A DNA stretch of 63,998 nt, filler included, from an uncultured bacterium (GTDB taxonomy: Bacteria > CAYJOG01), in the NCBI GenBank assembly GCA_964371695.1. It is 6 parts of 6 records of this genome, joined end to end, with 100 filler letters (N's around TTAATTAATTAA, not from the genome) between each part and the next. Parts side by side here need not be neighbours in the genome. Positions count along the whole stretch, not along the records: positions 1 to 11,832 come from CAYJOG010000042.1; positions 11,933 to 23,743 come from CAYJOG010000043.1; 4 more parts are not named here. One strand, given 5' to 3'. The translations under genes and the position numbers were made by a program. Under the pieces are notes generated by a model. That model was not told the origin of the DNA. It ran no database searches and saw only the letters and a list, made by a program, of their open reading frames with translations. This document shows, piece after piece, positions 9,668 to 18,772 of the stretch (the first letter of the stretch is position 1; each line of letters starts with the position of its first letter).

Positions 9668-10595
9668 GACTCCCCTCTCAGCAACACCCTCCGGCGACGC
9701 CCCCGCACTGCCCCCCCTGCCGCTGGACAAAAATCAAATCCAGTCCCTCACCCGCCTGAGCGTGCCCCAAAGTCTGCTGGCCCTTTTGGTCAACTGGGGG
9801 CACATTGCCTTGGCGGTGGCTGTTTTTGAAATCAGCCCCCCACCCTGGCGCTGGGTGCTGTTGCCTTTTCTGGTGGTATATCAGGCCCGCAATCTCAACG
9901 GCCTGGGCATATTGGCGCATGAGGCCATTCATCACACCCTGCTGCCCTGGCCCTGGCTGAACAACACCGTGGGGCGGTGGCTGTGTGGTTTCCCCATGGG
10001 CCTGTCGCTGAACGCCTACCGGCGTCTGCATCTGGCCCATCACCGTCTGGTGCTGGACCCAGCGGACCCGGACTACCCTCTCTATCAAAACTTGCCCACG
10101 TCAACACCCCGGTTCCTGCGCCGTATTTTTGGCGACACACTGGGAGGCAACTCCTTTCAAAAATACCTGCTCACTATAAAAGGAGACGGCCAGGGGGCGG
10201 CCAACCCCGACCTGCCCCTGATGGTGCTGTTTCACACCACAGCGTGGGGGGTATTGATGTGGCAGGGCTGGTGGCTGCCGGGCCTGTTGTTGTGGCTTTT
10301 GCCCATGGCCACGATGATGCCGGTGTTTTTTCGCCTGCGGGCCGCCATGGAACACGGCGGCCTGGAGGGGACCCCGTTTCCGCTCAAAAGCCGCACCACA
10401 CTGGGCAGCGCCTGGGGGCGGTTCTGGTTTTCGCCCCACCACTCCCATTTTCACCTGGAGCACCACTGGTGCCCCGGCGCACCCCATTACCATCTGGGGG
10501 CGCTGCATCGTCTGCTGGCGGGCAAAAACGCGCTGGGGGGCGCAGACATCAGCCCCGGTTATACAGCTACGTTGAAAGCCCTTGTAAAGCCCTGA
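9660..10595 (+). CDS. Membrane fatty acid desaturase family protein
   Basis: His boxes HEAIH, HLAHH, HLEHH plus MEH; TM helices; GTG 9660 overlaps CHAT stop. Confidence 0.85.
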   Translation: MGETPLSATPSGDAPALPPLPLDKNQIQSLTRLSVPQSLLALLVNWGHIALAVAVFEISPPPWRWVLLPFLVVYQARNLNGLGILAHEAIHHTLLPWPWLNNTVGRWLCGFPMGLSLNAYRRLHLAHHRLVLDPADPDYPLYQNLPTSTPRFLRRIFGDTLGGNSFQKYLLTIKGDGQGAANPDLPLMVLFHTTAWGVLMWQGWWLPGLLLWLLPMATMMPVFFRLRAAMEHGGLEGTPFPLKSRTTLGSAWGRFWFSPHHSHFHLEHHWCPGAPHYHLGALHRLLAGKNALGGADISPGYTATLKALVKP

Positions 10596-10693
10596 AAGCC
10601 TTATCGCACTTCACGTTGACACTGGGGCACCTGACTAAATAAGATAGCCCCGCCGAACTTCCGTTTGAATCCAGTTAGGAGAGCGTTTACTTC

Positions 10694-11551
10694 ATGCTTC
10701 CAAAATTCTTTGGCCAGTACCTGCTCGAAAAAGGCGCGCTTAACTCGCAGCAGCTTATCGAGTCCATCAAATATCAGAAATCCAAGGTGCGAAAGCTGGG
10801 TGAGATTGCCGTTGCCCAAGGGTTTCTTTCAGAGTCGCAGGCTCAGAAAATCAACGAACTGCAAAAAAAGACAGACCGCATGTTCGGCGAACTGGCCATC
10901 AGCGAGGGGATTCTGAATGAGACCCAGATGAAAGAAATCCTCACCATCCAGCAGAACTCGCACATTTACCTGGGCGAGGCCATCGAGTTTTTGGGCTTTA
11001 TGGACCGCCCCACGCTGGACGGCGAACTGGCCAGCTTCAAGCAGGAGCAGGCCGAGGTGCAGGACACCATCGTGTCGGTGCCCGACACCATCAAAGAGGC
11101 CAAAGTCGTCACCGTGTCGGTGGACCTCACCTGCAAGCTCATCCGTCGCACCGCCTTCATCCCCACCAAGGTGGCTCCCGTGTCGGTCACGTCCGAGACC
11201 ATCCCCAACCGCTACATCGTGGTGAGCATGGATCTTTCCGGCGACTTCTGCGGCACCTATGTGCTCAACTTCAGCCAGAGCATCGCCGCCGAACTGGCCC
11301 GCAAGGTGCTCAAGGATGACACCATCCCCGAAGACGACGAAGAAACCCTGGTGGACTGCGCCAAGGAATTCACCAACGTGGTGGTGGGCAACATCGCCGC
11401 CCGGCTGCTGGAACTGGGCAAACGCATCGAGATCCATCCCCCCTCGGCCACGCAGGACCCCCTCACCGTGCCCGCTCGGCAAGAGGCGGTGGTGGTCACC
11501 GTGGTCACGCCCATCGGCGACATGGACACCATCATCGTCCAGGGCAAGTAA
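10694..11551 (+). CDS. MshEN-like repeat + CheX phosphatase fusion
   Basis: FGQYLLEKG..Q, KLGEIAVAQG..Q, MFGELAISEG..Q, YLGEAIEFLG; C-terminal EFTNVVVGN and IHPP (CheC/CheX motif). Confidence 0.8.
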   Translation: MLPKFFGQYLLEKGALNSQQLIESIKYQKSKVRKLGEIAVAQGFLSESQAQKINELQKKTDRMFGELAISEGILNETQMKEILTIQQNSHIYLGEAIEFLGFMDRPTLDGELASFKQEQAEVQDTIVSVPDTIKEAKVVTVSVDLTCKLIRRTAFIPTKVAPVSVTSETIPNRYIVVSMDLSGDFCGTYVLNFSQSIAAELARKVLKDDTIPEDDEETLVDCAKEFTNVVVGNIAARLLELGKRIEIHPPSATQDPLTVPARQEAVVVTVVTPIGDMDTIIVQGK

Positions 11552-11583
11552 CCTACCCAGAGAAAGCGGGGCCTAATTTTCCC

Positions 11584-11832
11584 ATGAGCAAAAAATTCCT
11601 CATCGTAGACGACAGCCGGGTGGCCGCCCACGTGCTGGGCGAAATTGTCAACGGCATCGCCGGTTGCGAGGTGGCCGCCCACGCCAAAAGCGGCGAGGAA
11701 GCCCTGGAGCTTTACGATCAGCACAAACCCGACATGGTCACCATGGACCTTTCCATGCCCGTCATGGGCGGCATGGAGGCCATCCGCCAGCTCATCGCCA
11801 AAGACCCCCAGGCCAGAATCGTGGTGGTCAGT
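11584..11832 (+). CDS. cheY: CheY-like response regulator (truncated by contig end)
   Basis: LIVDDS, KPDMVTMDLSMPVMGG. Confidence 0.85.
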
Positions 11833-11932
11833 NNNNNNNNNNNNNNNNNNNNNNNNNNNNNNNNNNNNNNNNNNNNTTAATTAATTAANNNNNNNNNNNN
11901 NNNNNNNNNNNNNNNNNNNNNNNNNNNNNNNN
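11833..11932. other. Artificial contig linker
   Basis: N-run + TTAATTAATTAA (stops in all frames) + N-run; same at 23744-23843, 35490-35589, 47148-47247, 58706-58805. Confidence 0.98.
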
Positions 11933-12049
11933 GAGCACCAATGTGCTCTGGCAGTACCCCGCCTCACCCTCCCAGTGGGGGGTTTGGGGGGCAAGGCCCC
12001 CCAAAGAGCCTGTTTGTAAACAAGTTCAAAGACACATTTCGGAAAAGTT

Positions 12050-13951
12050 TTAACCTTTTTTTCTCGCCGCCACCAGCAGGCGGTCGCCCTGCATGGCCGT
12101 GTCCAGCCAGCGGGCCAGCAGGCCAAATAACAGTTCCGAGATCGGGCCAGCCGCCGGTGTGGGGCTGGGCATTTCCTGGTCTTCCGCCACTGGGGGCTGC
12201 GGGGGTCGCTGGTTGAACAGGCGGCGCAACTGGCCCAGCAGGGGCGGATTCGCCCCCGGCGAAAACAGCCGCTGCCACAGGTTGCGCCACAGCACCCGCA
12301 GTGCGCCCGGCTCGGTCACGCTGTCCATTTTTTCGAGTACAAAACCTGCCCGCGACAGGGTGGTCTCCATGTTTGCCGCGCTCAACCACTCGCTGCATTG
12401 GGGCAGACGCCAGCAGCCCCCCGGCCCGGCCCATCGGCGGAAAAGGCCGCCGCCATTCAGGCACTCAAACACCAGCCGCCCCCCGGGGCGCAACCCTTCG
12501 CCCAGGCGCGCCAGATGGGCCAGCAGGGATGCTTCCGTCATCACGGCGGTGTCACTGATTTCTCCCCACTGGAACATCACGTCCACCGGCTGCCGGTGTC
12601 CAGGGCCGGTCACTTCCACCGGTTGAGTCGTTAGCCAGCCGGTGAAACCATCGTCTGCCCCCAGCACGCTGGTTTGGGTGTGGCCGGGGAGAAAAGCCGT
12701 GGCAAAGGCGGTGCGTTTTTGCCGCGGCACACAGCTTTGCAGAGGGACGGCGGGTTTGGGCGCTTCCAGCAACGGTTGCAGAAAAAGATGGCCGCAGCCG
12801 TTGCACCGGGCCTGACGGTGAATGATCTGCACCGCCGGGTCTCGCGGCTCGGTGAAAAAAGTGCGGGTCCAGTGCTGACTTTCGCACACCGGGCAGGGGT
12901 GCTCTGCCGCGCCCAACTGGGTGTAGTACACCCAGGGATAAAGCGATTTTTCCCAGGGTGTGAACAGGAACTTGCCGAGATAAAAATGGGCCACGCCCAT
13001 CCATATGGCCACCTCCACCACCACGTCAATGGCCCAGAACACCACACGCCGCGAAACCGGCAGCGACTTTTCTTTTAACCGCCGGGGCAGCGCGCCCATC
13101 AGGGCCAGAACGTTTTTCAGAAACATGCCTCTGGTGATCCAGAGAAAAAACCGGTGGGTGGAGCGGTTGGTGAGGCGGCTGGCCATGTCCATTTCGTTGT
13201 CAAAACAGCCGTGGCCCAGCCAGTAAAAACGCCTGAGCAGTGATTCGAACGTATCGCGGTGGTGGTGGTCGGCTTCGCTTTTGGGGTTGTAGGCATAGTG
13301 ATAACCCAGCAGCCGCACGCGCTCGCCCAGTTCGTTGTCGTCGCCAAAGTGCGGGTAGTTCTGATTAAAGCCGCCCACCGCCAGCAACACGTCGCGCCGG
13401 TGGCTCATGCTGCCGGTCATCAGAAAGGTGATTTCGCTGCCGCCAAAGCCCCCGGGCACTTCGTTGAATTTTTTGTAGAGGTTGTATTCGTTGATGATGC
13501 CCCGGCTCTGGTGGGTGTGAATGCGCCCGCCCACGCCCGCCAGCAGCGGGTTGTCGTAACCTTTCAGTATTTCTTCGAGCCAGTCGGGGGCGGGCATGGC
13601 GTCGCTGTCCAGCACGCACACGATTTCTGCTCCCGCCAGTCGAATACCCTCATTGCGGGCCTTGCCGGGGCCTTGGTTCTGCTGCCAGTGATAAAGCAGG
13701 CGCAGGTCCGGGTAGCGGGTCTGCCAGCCCTGCAGCATGGGGAGTGTGTCGTCGGTGCTGCCGTCGTCCACAATCACCAGTTCCCATTCCCGCAGGGGCA
13801 CGGTCTGTTTCACCAGATACGCCATCAGCACGTTCAGGATGTCCCGGCGGTTGAAAGTGGGAATGATGATGCTGGCGCGCAGGGGTGCGGGTGTGCGGGG
13901 GGCTTCCCCGCCGGAAAAAGTAGGTGCGTCACTCATGGCCTGGGCCAGCAC
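12050..13951 (-). CDS. GT2 glycosyltransferase fused to Zn-ribbon + methyltransferase-like domain
   Basis: SIIIPTFNR, IVDDGSTD, NQGPGKARN, LDSD; then CPVC..CNGCGHLF and LRPGGRLVFE. Confidence 0.85.
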   Translation of the reverse strand: MLAQAMSDAPTFSGGEAPRTPAPLRASIIIPTFNRRDILNVLMAYLVKQTVPLREWELVIVDDGSTDDTLPMLQGWQTRYPDLRLLYHWQQNQGPGKARNEGIRLAGAEIVCVLDSDAMPAPDWLEEILKGYDNPLLAGVGGRIHTHQSRGIINEYNLYKKFNEVPGGFGGSEITFLMTGSMSHRRDVLLAVGGFNQNYPHFGDDNELGERVRLLGYHYAYNPKSEADHHHRDTFESLLRRFYWLGHGCFDNEMDMASRLTNRSTHRFFLWITRGMFLKNVLALMGALPRRLKEKSLPVSRRVVFWAIDVVVEVAIWMGVAHFYLGKFLFTPWEKSLYPWVYYTQLGAAEHPCPVCESQHWTRTFFTEPRDPAVQIIHRQARCNGCGHLFLQPLLEAPKPAVPLQSCVPRQKRTAFATAFLPGHTQTSVLGADDGFTGWLTTQPVEVTGPGHRQPVDVMFQWGEISDTAVMTEASLLAHLARLGEGLRPGGRLVFECLNGGGLFRRWAGPGGCWRLPQCSEWLSAANMETTLSRAGFVLEKMDSVTEPGALRVLWRNLWQRLFSPGANPPLLGQLRRLFNQRPPQPPVAEDQEMPSPTPAAGPISELLFGLLARWLDTAMQGDRLLVAARKKG

Positions 13952-14018
13952 GGTGATTATATCGGCATGTTTTCAAACCACATTTTTCAAAAAATGAGCG
14001 CAAGCATTTATATACTGA

Positions 14019-16481
14019 ATGTCCATCACTGTGAACCATGAGGAAACATCTGGCCCGGCCCCAAACCCTCAGGAAGGTGAGAGTTTTCCTGATTTGCTGG
14101 CGCTGGCGCAAAACGTGCCGGTGGTGCTTTACCAGTTCACGGTGTTTAACGATGGTGAACAGCGCCTCACCTACATCAGCCCCAGTCTGGAGCAACTCTT
14201 CCCCGTCAGCCGCGACGTGTTGCTGAGTGACTGGCAGGCGGTGTTGCAAAGTGTGTTGCCCCATCAGGCCCCGGTGTTTCTCGCCACGCTCGATAAGGTC
14301 ATCCAGGAAAAATCTCCTTTTTATTTTCAGGGGCACGTGGAGTTTGACACCGGGGGGCTGAAGTGGTTCGAGTTCAAGGCCAATCCGCGCCAGACCCCGG
14401 CGGGCTGGGTGTGGGATGGCGTGGTGCGGGAAATTTCCGAAACCAAAAAAGCCGAGCAGGCCCTGAAGGACATGGTGGACAGTTTTGGCGCCGACGCGGG
14501 TGATGACCTGCTGCGCCACGTGCCAGAGTTTCTGGCCCACCGCCTGGGTGTGCCCTGGGTGGGGGTGGGGCGTTATGTGGCCGAGCAGGACAAGCTGTGC
14601 GACTTTTTTTATCACCACTGTGGCCATGGCGACGCCAGCACGGAATATGCCCTGGCGGGCACCCCCTGCCAGCGGGTGGTGGCCGAAGAGCACCTGCTGG
14701 TGGCCGATGGCGTGCAGGCCGTGTTTCCCCAGGTGGACTTTCTGCGCCAGTTTGATTTCAGGGGTTACGAAGGCCAGGCCATTGTGGACAGCCGGGGTCA
14801 GGTGATGGGGGTGTTGTGTCTGCTGAGCGACAAACCCCTGTCGGCCTCGGACTCGCGGGAAAATCTGCTGCGGGTGCTGGCGGCGCGCCTGGGGGCGGAA
14901 ATGGAGCGCATCCGGGCCGAGGCCACGTTGCGCGACAGCGAATCCCGTTTCCGCACATTGGTGGAAAACGTGCCCGGCGTGATTTATCGCTGCGCCAACG
15001 ACGAACACTGGACCGTGCATTTTCTCAGCGAGTCCATTCTGGATCTGGTGGGTTATCCGCCTACGGATTTCATGGGCAACGCGGTGCGGTCTTTTGAGTC
15101 GGTGATTTATCCTGAAGACCGCGAGCAGGTGCGTGTGGGTGTTCAAAATGGAGTGGACGCCCGCAGCCCTTACGAACTGAATTACCAGGTGATGCACCGC
15201 GACGGCTCCATCCGCTGGGTGAGCGAAAAGGGCCAGGGGGTGTTTGACGGAAAGGGCAACCTGTTGTGGCTGGACGGTGTGATTGTGGACATCACCGCCA
15301 CCCATCAGGCCGAAGAAGCCCTCACCAATGCTCAGAAACTGGAAAGCCTGGGGGTGCTGGCCGGGGGCATCGCGCACGATTTCAACAACATTCTGGTGGC
15401 GGTGCTGGGCAATGTGGAACTGGCGCTGAACCGGCTTTCGCAAAACCCCGATCAGGCCAAGGATTTTCTTAAAAAATCAGGTCAGGCCGCCACGCGGGCC
15501 TCAGAGCTTTGCCGTCAGTTGCTGGATTACGCCGGTCAGTCTCCGTTCAGCACCCGCCCGGTGGACCTCAACGGCGCGCTGCTGGAAATGAGCGAACTGC
15601 TGCACACGGCGTTGCAGCAGAAATGCCCCGTGGCCTTTGACCTGAAGGGCGGCCTGCCCGCCGTGCTCGCGGACCCCACCCAACTGCGGCAGGTGGCGCT
15701 GAACCTGATGGTGAACGCCGCCGAAGCCATGGGCGAGCGGGATGGTCAGGTGAAGGTGGCCACGGGGCTGATGCGCCCCACGCCGGAGTTTCTGGCCGCC
15801 GCCATCACCGGCCAGCACCTGCCCGATGGGGAATATGTTTTTCTTGAAGTGGCCGACGAAGGCGCGGGCATGGACCCCCTGACACAAAAACGCATTTTCG
15901 ATCCTTTCTTCACCACCAAGGCCCAGGGCCGGGGCCTGGGTCTTGCGGCCACACTGGGCATCGTGCGCCGTCACGGCGGGGCGCTGCACCTCAAAAGCGT
16001 GCGCAACGTCGGCTCGGTGTTTCGTGTGTTGTTGCCCAAAAGCGAAAAACCCGCCGAGAAAAAAGCAGCCCCTGAAGTCCAGACCGTGCCCGTTGGCAAG
16101 GGGATGTTGCTGGTGGTGGATGACGACCCCACGGTGTGCGAAGTGGCGCAGGATTCCCTGCAAATGGTGGGGTTTTCGGTGATCACCGCCCACAACGGCC
16201 TGGCGGCCTGCGACCTGGTGCGCAACCGGGGCAAGGAACTGGCGGGGGTGTTGCTGGACATGAACATGCCGGTGATGGGGGGCGAAGAGGCGTATCAGCG
16301 CATCCGGGCCAGTCACCCGGCCCTGCCGGTGGTGCTCACCAGCGGTTATCACCAGCATCAGGCCATGAAACACCTGCCCGATGACCCGGCCCTGGATTTT
16401 CTGGCCAAGCCCTTTACGCCCTCCCGGCTGCAAAACGCCATGCACCGGCTGATGTCCCGTCAGGCCGCGCCCACGGCGTGA
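14019..16481 (+). CDS. Hybrid sensor kinase PAS-GAF-PAS-HisKA-HATPase-REC
   Basis: LAGGIAHDFNNIL, NLMVNA, DEGAGM, FDPFFTTK, GLGLA, receiver VVDDD/LLDMNMP/KPF. Confidence 0.95.
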   Translation: MSITVNHEETSGPAPNPQEGESFPDLLALAQNVPVVLYQFTVFNDGEQRLTYISPSLEQLFPVSRDVLLSDWQAVLQSVLPHQAPVFLATLDKVIQEKSPFYFQGHVEFDTGGLKWFEFKANPRQTPAGWVWDGVVREISETKKAEQALKDMVDSFGADAGDDLLRHVPEFLAHRLGVPWVGVGRYVAEQDKLCDFFYHHCGHGDASTEYALAGTPCQRVVAEEHLLVADGVQAVFPQVDFLRQFDFRGYEGQAIVDSRGQVMGVLCLLSDKPLSASDSRENLLRVLAARLGAEMERIRAEATLRDSESRFRTLVENVPGVIYRCANDEHWTVHFLSESILDLVGYPPTDFMGNAVRSFESVIYPEDREQVRVGVQNGVDARSPYELNYQVMHRDGSIRWVSEKGQGVFDGKGNLLWLDGVIVDITATHQAEEALTNAQKLESLGVLAGGIAHDFNNILVAVLGNVELALNRLSQNPDQAKDFLKKSGQAATRASELCRQLLDYAGQSPFSTRPVDLNGALLEMSELLHTALQQKCPVAFDLKGGLPAVLADPTQLRQVALNLMVNAAEAMGERDGQVKVATGLMRPTPEFLAAAITGQHLPDGEYVFLEVADEGAGMDPLTQKRIFDPFFTTKAQGRGLGLAATLGIVRRHGGALHLKSVRNVGSVFRVLLPKSEKPAEKKAAPEVQTVPVGKGMLLVVDDDPTVCEVAQDSLQMVGFSVITAHNGLAACDLVRNRGKELAGVLLDMNMPVMGGEEAYQRIRASHPALPVVLTSGYHQHQAMKHLPDDPALDFLAKPFTPSRLQNAMHRLMSRQAAPTA

Positions 16482-16554
16482 GGCCCTGTGTTTACGGCTC
16501 CCAGAGCATTTCCAAAGTAGATGTGACCATCCGCCAATGGTGGTGACACCCGTG

Positions 16555-16790
16555 GCCAGAGGCCATGGATGGCCGTTCCCGCCGCCGGGCGAGGCGGGGT
16601 TTTGCCAGAGCATATTGATGCTCTGGCCCGCCGAGCGGGCATCCACGGATGGATGCCCTGGAGCCAGGCGCCATGGATGGCCAATCTTCCAGCGGGCATA
16701 GTTGGGCACTTACCCACCCCGGCGCTGTCGCGCCGCTTGTCGCGCCCGGCAGCATCAACATGCTGCCGCTGCCCCAAAAGACCTCCCCCG
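16555..16790. repeat. Array of short hairpins containing a 71-nt dispersed repeat
   Basis: GGCCAT-gg-ATGGCC, GCCAGAGCAT-attg-ATGCTCTGGC, GGGCATCCA-cgga-TGGATGCCC; 16717-16787 recurs inverted at 28766-28836. Confidence 0.8.
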
Positions 16791-16931
16791 ACAATTGTAA
16801 GGTTTCACGGATGAAACCGGCGAACCAGACAAAAAACCGGGCAGGTTCTTCACGCTTCGTTATCCAGCCAGCTTTCTCGTCTACATCTTCTGTGACTTTG
16901 CTCTAGCAGGGTATTGCATGGCGCCGCGCCC

Positions 16932-18056
16932 ATGGATAATCAACCCGCCGTGCCGCCTGTTTCCCTGATGCTGCTCACCCCCACCCTGCACCTGGGCGGG
17001 GCCGAGCGCGTGATGCTCACGCTGCTGCAACATTTTGACCGGCGGCGGTTTGACCTGTCACTCACAACATTTGGCGGCCAGGGCGAGTTGCTGAGCCAGA
17101 CGCCGCCAGACGTGGCCCGGTTTTCGTTGGGTCAGGAGCGCGCCAGCCGGTGTCTTTTCCCCCTCATGGCGCTGCTGAAACAGAAGCGGCCCGACGTGCT
17201 GCTGGTGAATGGCCACCACACCGGCGCGGCGGCCCTCCTGGCCCGCGCCCTGTCCCGCGTGCCGGTGAAGGTGGTCATCCGCGCCACGTTTTTTCAGCCC
17301 CCGGCCACCGGGGCGGAACAGTGGCAGGCGGGGGCAAACAGCCTGTTCCACCAGTCGCGGTGGATTTTTCCCTTTGCCGACGCCGTGGTGGCCCAGACGG
17401 AAACCATGGCCGGAAACATCCGCCGCCACTGCCGCATACGACCCCAGAAAGTGCTGGCCCTGCCCAACCCGGTGGATGTCTCCGCCCTGCGTGGGAAAGC
17501 GGACGAAACGGTGAATCCCTATTTCGGTGAAGGGCCGCATCTGCTTTCGGTGGGCCGGCTGGAAACCATCAAGGACATCCCCACACTGCTTCATGCCGCC
17601 GCCCTTTTTCAGGCGACACACGGTGGAACACTGACCGTGGTGGGAGACGGCCCCGAAAAGGAAAACCTGCAAAAGCTGGCCGCCACGCTGCCACTGAAAG
17701 TGCATTGGACCGGTGCGCTGGCCAATCCCTTTCCGTGGTTTGCCCATGCGGACCTTTTTGTGATGAGCAGCCGGTTCGACACCTTCCCCGGCGCACTGCT
17801 GGAGGCTCACGCCTTTGGCATTCCCAGCGTGTCCACCGACTGCCCAGATGGGCCGCGAAACATCATTGTGCCCGGCAAAACCGGCTTGCTCAGCCCGGTG
17901 GGAGACGCAGCGGCGCTGGCCGGGGCCATGACCACCCTGCTGGGACCGCAGAGCCAATTTGACCGCGATGCCGCCCTGGCGGTGGCCGCCCGCCACAACG
18001 CCCCCGCCGCCACGGCCCGTTATGAAGAGGTGTTGTTGGGTGTGGCGGGTGTGTAA
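16932..18056 (+). CDS. GT4 (GT-B) glycosyltransferase
   Basis: LGGAERV, LPNPVD, SVGRLETIK, VGDGP, ANPFPW, LLEAHAFGIP. Confidence 0.92.
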   Translation: MDNQPAVPPVSLMLLTPTLHLGGAERVMLTLLQHFDRRRFDLSLTTFGGQGELLSQTPPDVARFSLGQERASRCLFPLMALLKQKRPDVLLVNGHHTGAAALLARALSRVPVKVVIRATFFQPPATGAEQWQAGANSLFHQSRWIFPFADAVVAQTETMAGNIRRHCRIRPQKVLALPNPVDVSALRGKADETVNPYFGEGPHLLSVGRLETIKDIPTLLHAAALFQATHGGTLTVVGDGPEKENLQKLAATLPLKVHWTGALANPFPWFAHADLFVMSSRFDTFPGALLEAHAFGIPSVSTDCPDGPRNIIVPGKTGLLSPVGDAAALAGAMTTLLGPQSQFDRDAALAVAARHNAPAATARYEEVLLGVAGV

Positions 18057-18057
18057 A

Positions 18058-18444
18058 TCAGGGGTTTTTGCCTTTTTTTGGAAAATAACGCACACCTTCA
18101 AGCCCCTTGAAATCCTCATCCAGGGTCCAGAGTTCCGCCCCGTGGGCGCGGGTGGTGGCCAAGATGAGGCTGTCCGCCATCGCCAAACCCTGCTGCTGAG
18201 CCAGTCGGGCGGCAGACAGAGCAATGGCGCTGTCCACCGGAACCACCACCCCCTCCATCATGGCGCCAGTGTGCCTCATCGCCAGACCTTCCTCCGTGTG
18301 GCGACTCAACACCTTGAACACTTCAAACAGGCAAATGACGGGAACCAGCAGTCGCTCTGTTTCCTCCAGAGCCTGTGAAAGTTGCCGGGCGTGGGGGCCG
18401 CCGGTGAAATACTCAATCCATGCGCTGGAATCAAGCGCAATCAA
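18058..18444 (-). CDS. vapC: VapC PIN-domain toxin
   Basis: LDSSAWIEYF, LFEV, LAMADSLILAT, WTLDEDF. Confidence 0.92.
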   Translation of the reverse strand: MIALDSSAWIEYFTGGPHARQLSQALEETERLLVPVICLFEVFKVLSRHTEEGLAMRHTGAMMEGVVVPVDSAIALSAARLAQQQGLAMADSLILATTRAHGAELWTLDEDFKGLEGVRYFPKKGKNP

Positions 18445-18668
18445 TACCGGTCCTCTTTTTCCCGCTCAAAATGAATGGGTATTCCCTTCAGGCTGCCCAT
18501 CAGGCTTTTAAGAGGGCACACCGGCACCAGATGAATCTGCCCGTCAAAAGCCAGAAACCGGAGTTTCTGGCCGGGCAGGATGCCCATGGCCTCGCGCACC
18601 AGCTTGGGAATGACGATTTGATACTTCGGAGAAACCGTCACGGTTTTTTCGACAGTTACGACATCCAT
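18441..18668 (-). CDS. vapB: AbrB/MazE-type antitoxin (VapB)
   Basis: VSPKYQIVIPKLVREAMGILPGQKL; overlaps vapC start. Confidence 0.9.
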   Translation of the reverse strand: MDVVTVEKTVTVSPKYQIVIPKLVREAMGILPGQKLRFLAFDGQIHLVPVCPLKSLMGSLKGIPIHFEREKEDRY

Positions 18669-18772
18669 GCCAATATTGTAAAACAAAATCTAAAATCGTT
18701 CTACAAATTCCTGAAGAACAGGCTCTGCCGCCTGGTTTTCCCAAGCCGCCGCGCAAGGCCCGCCCCATGGCC

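Noticed and set aside
16482..16930. Possible tRNA, riboswitch or CRISPR in the hairpin-rich intergenic region
   Set aside because: No cloverleaf or T-loop consensus, no constant-length repeat-spacer periodicity, no aptamer I can recognise
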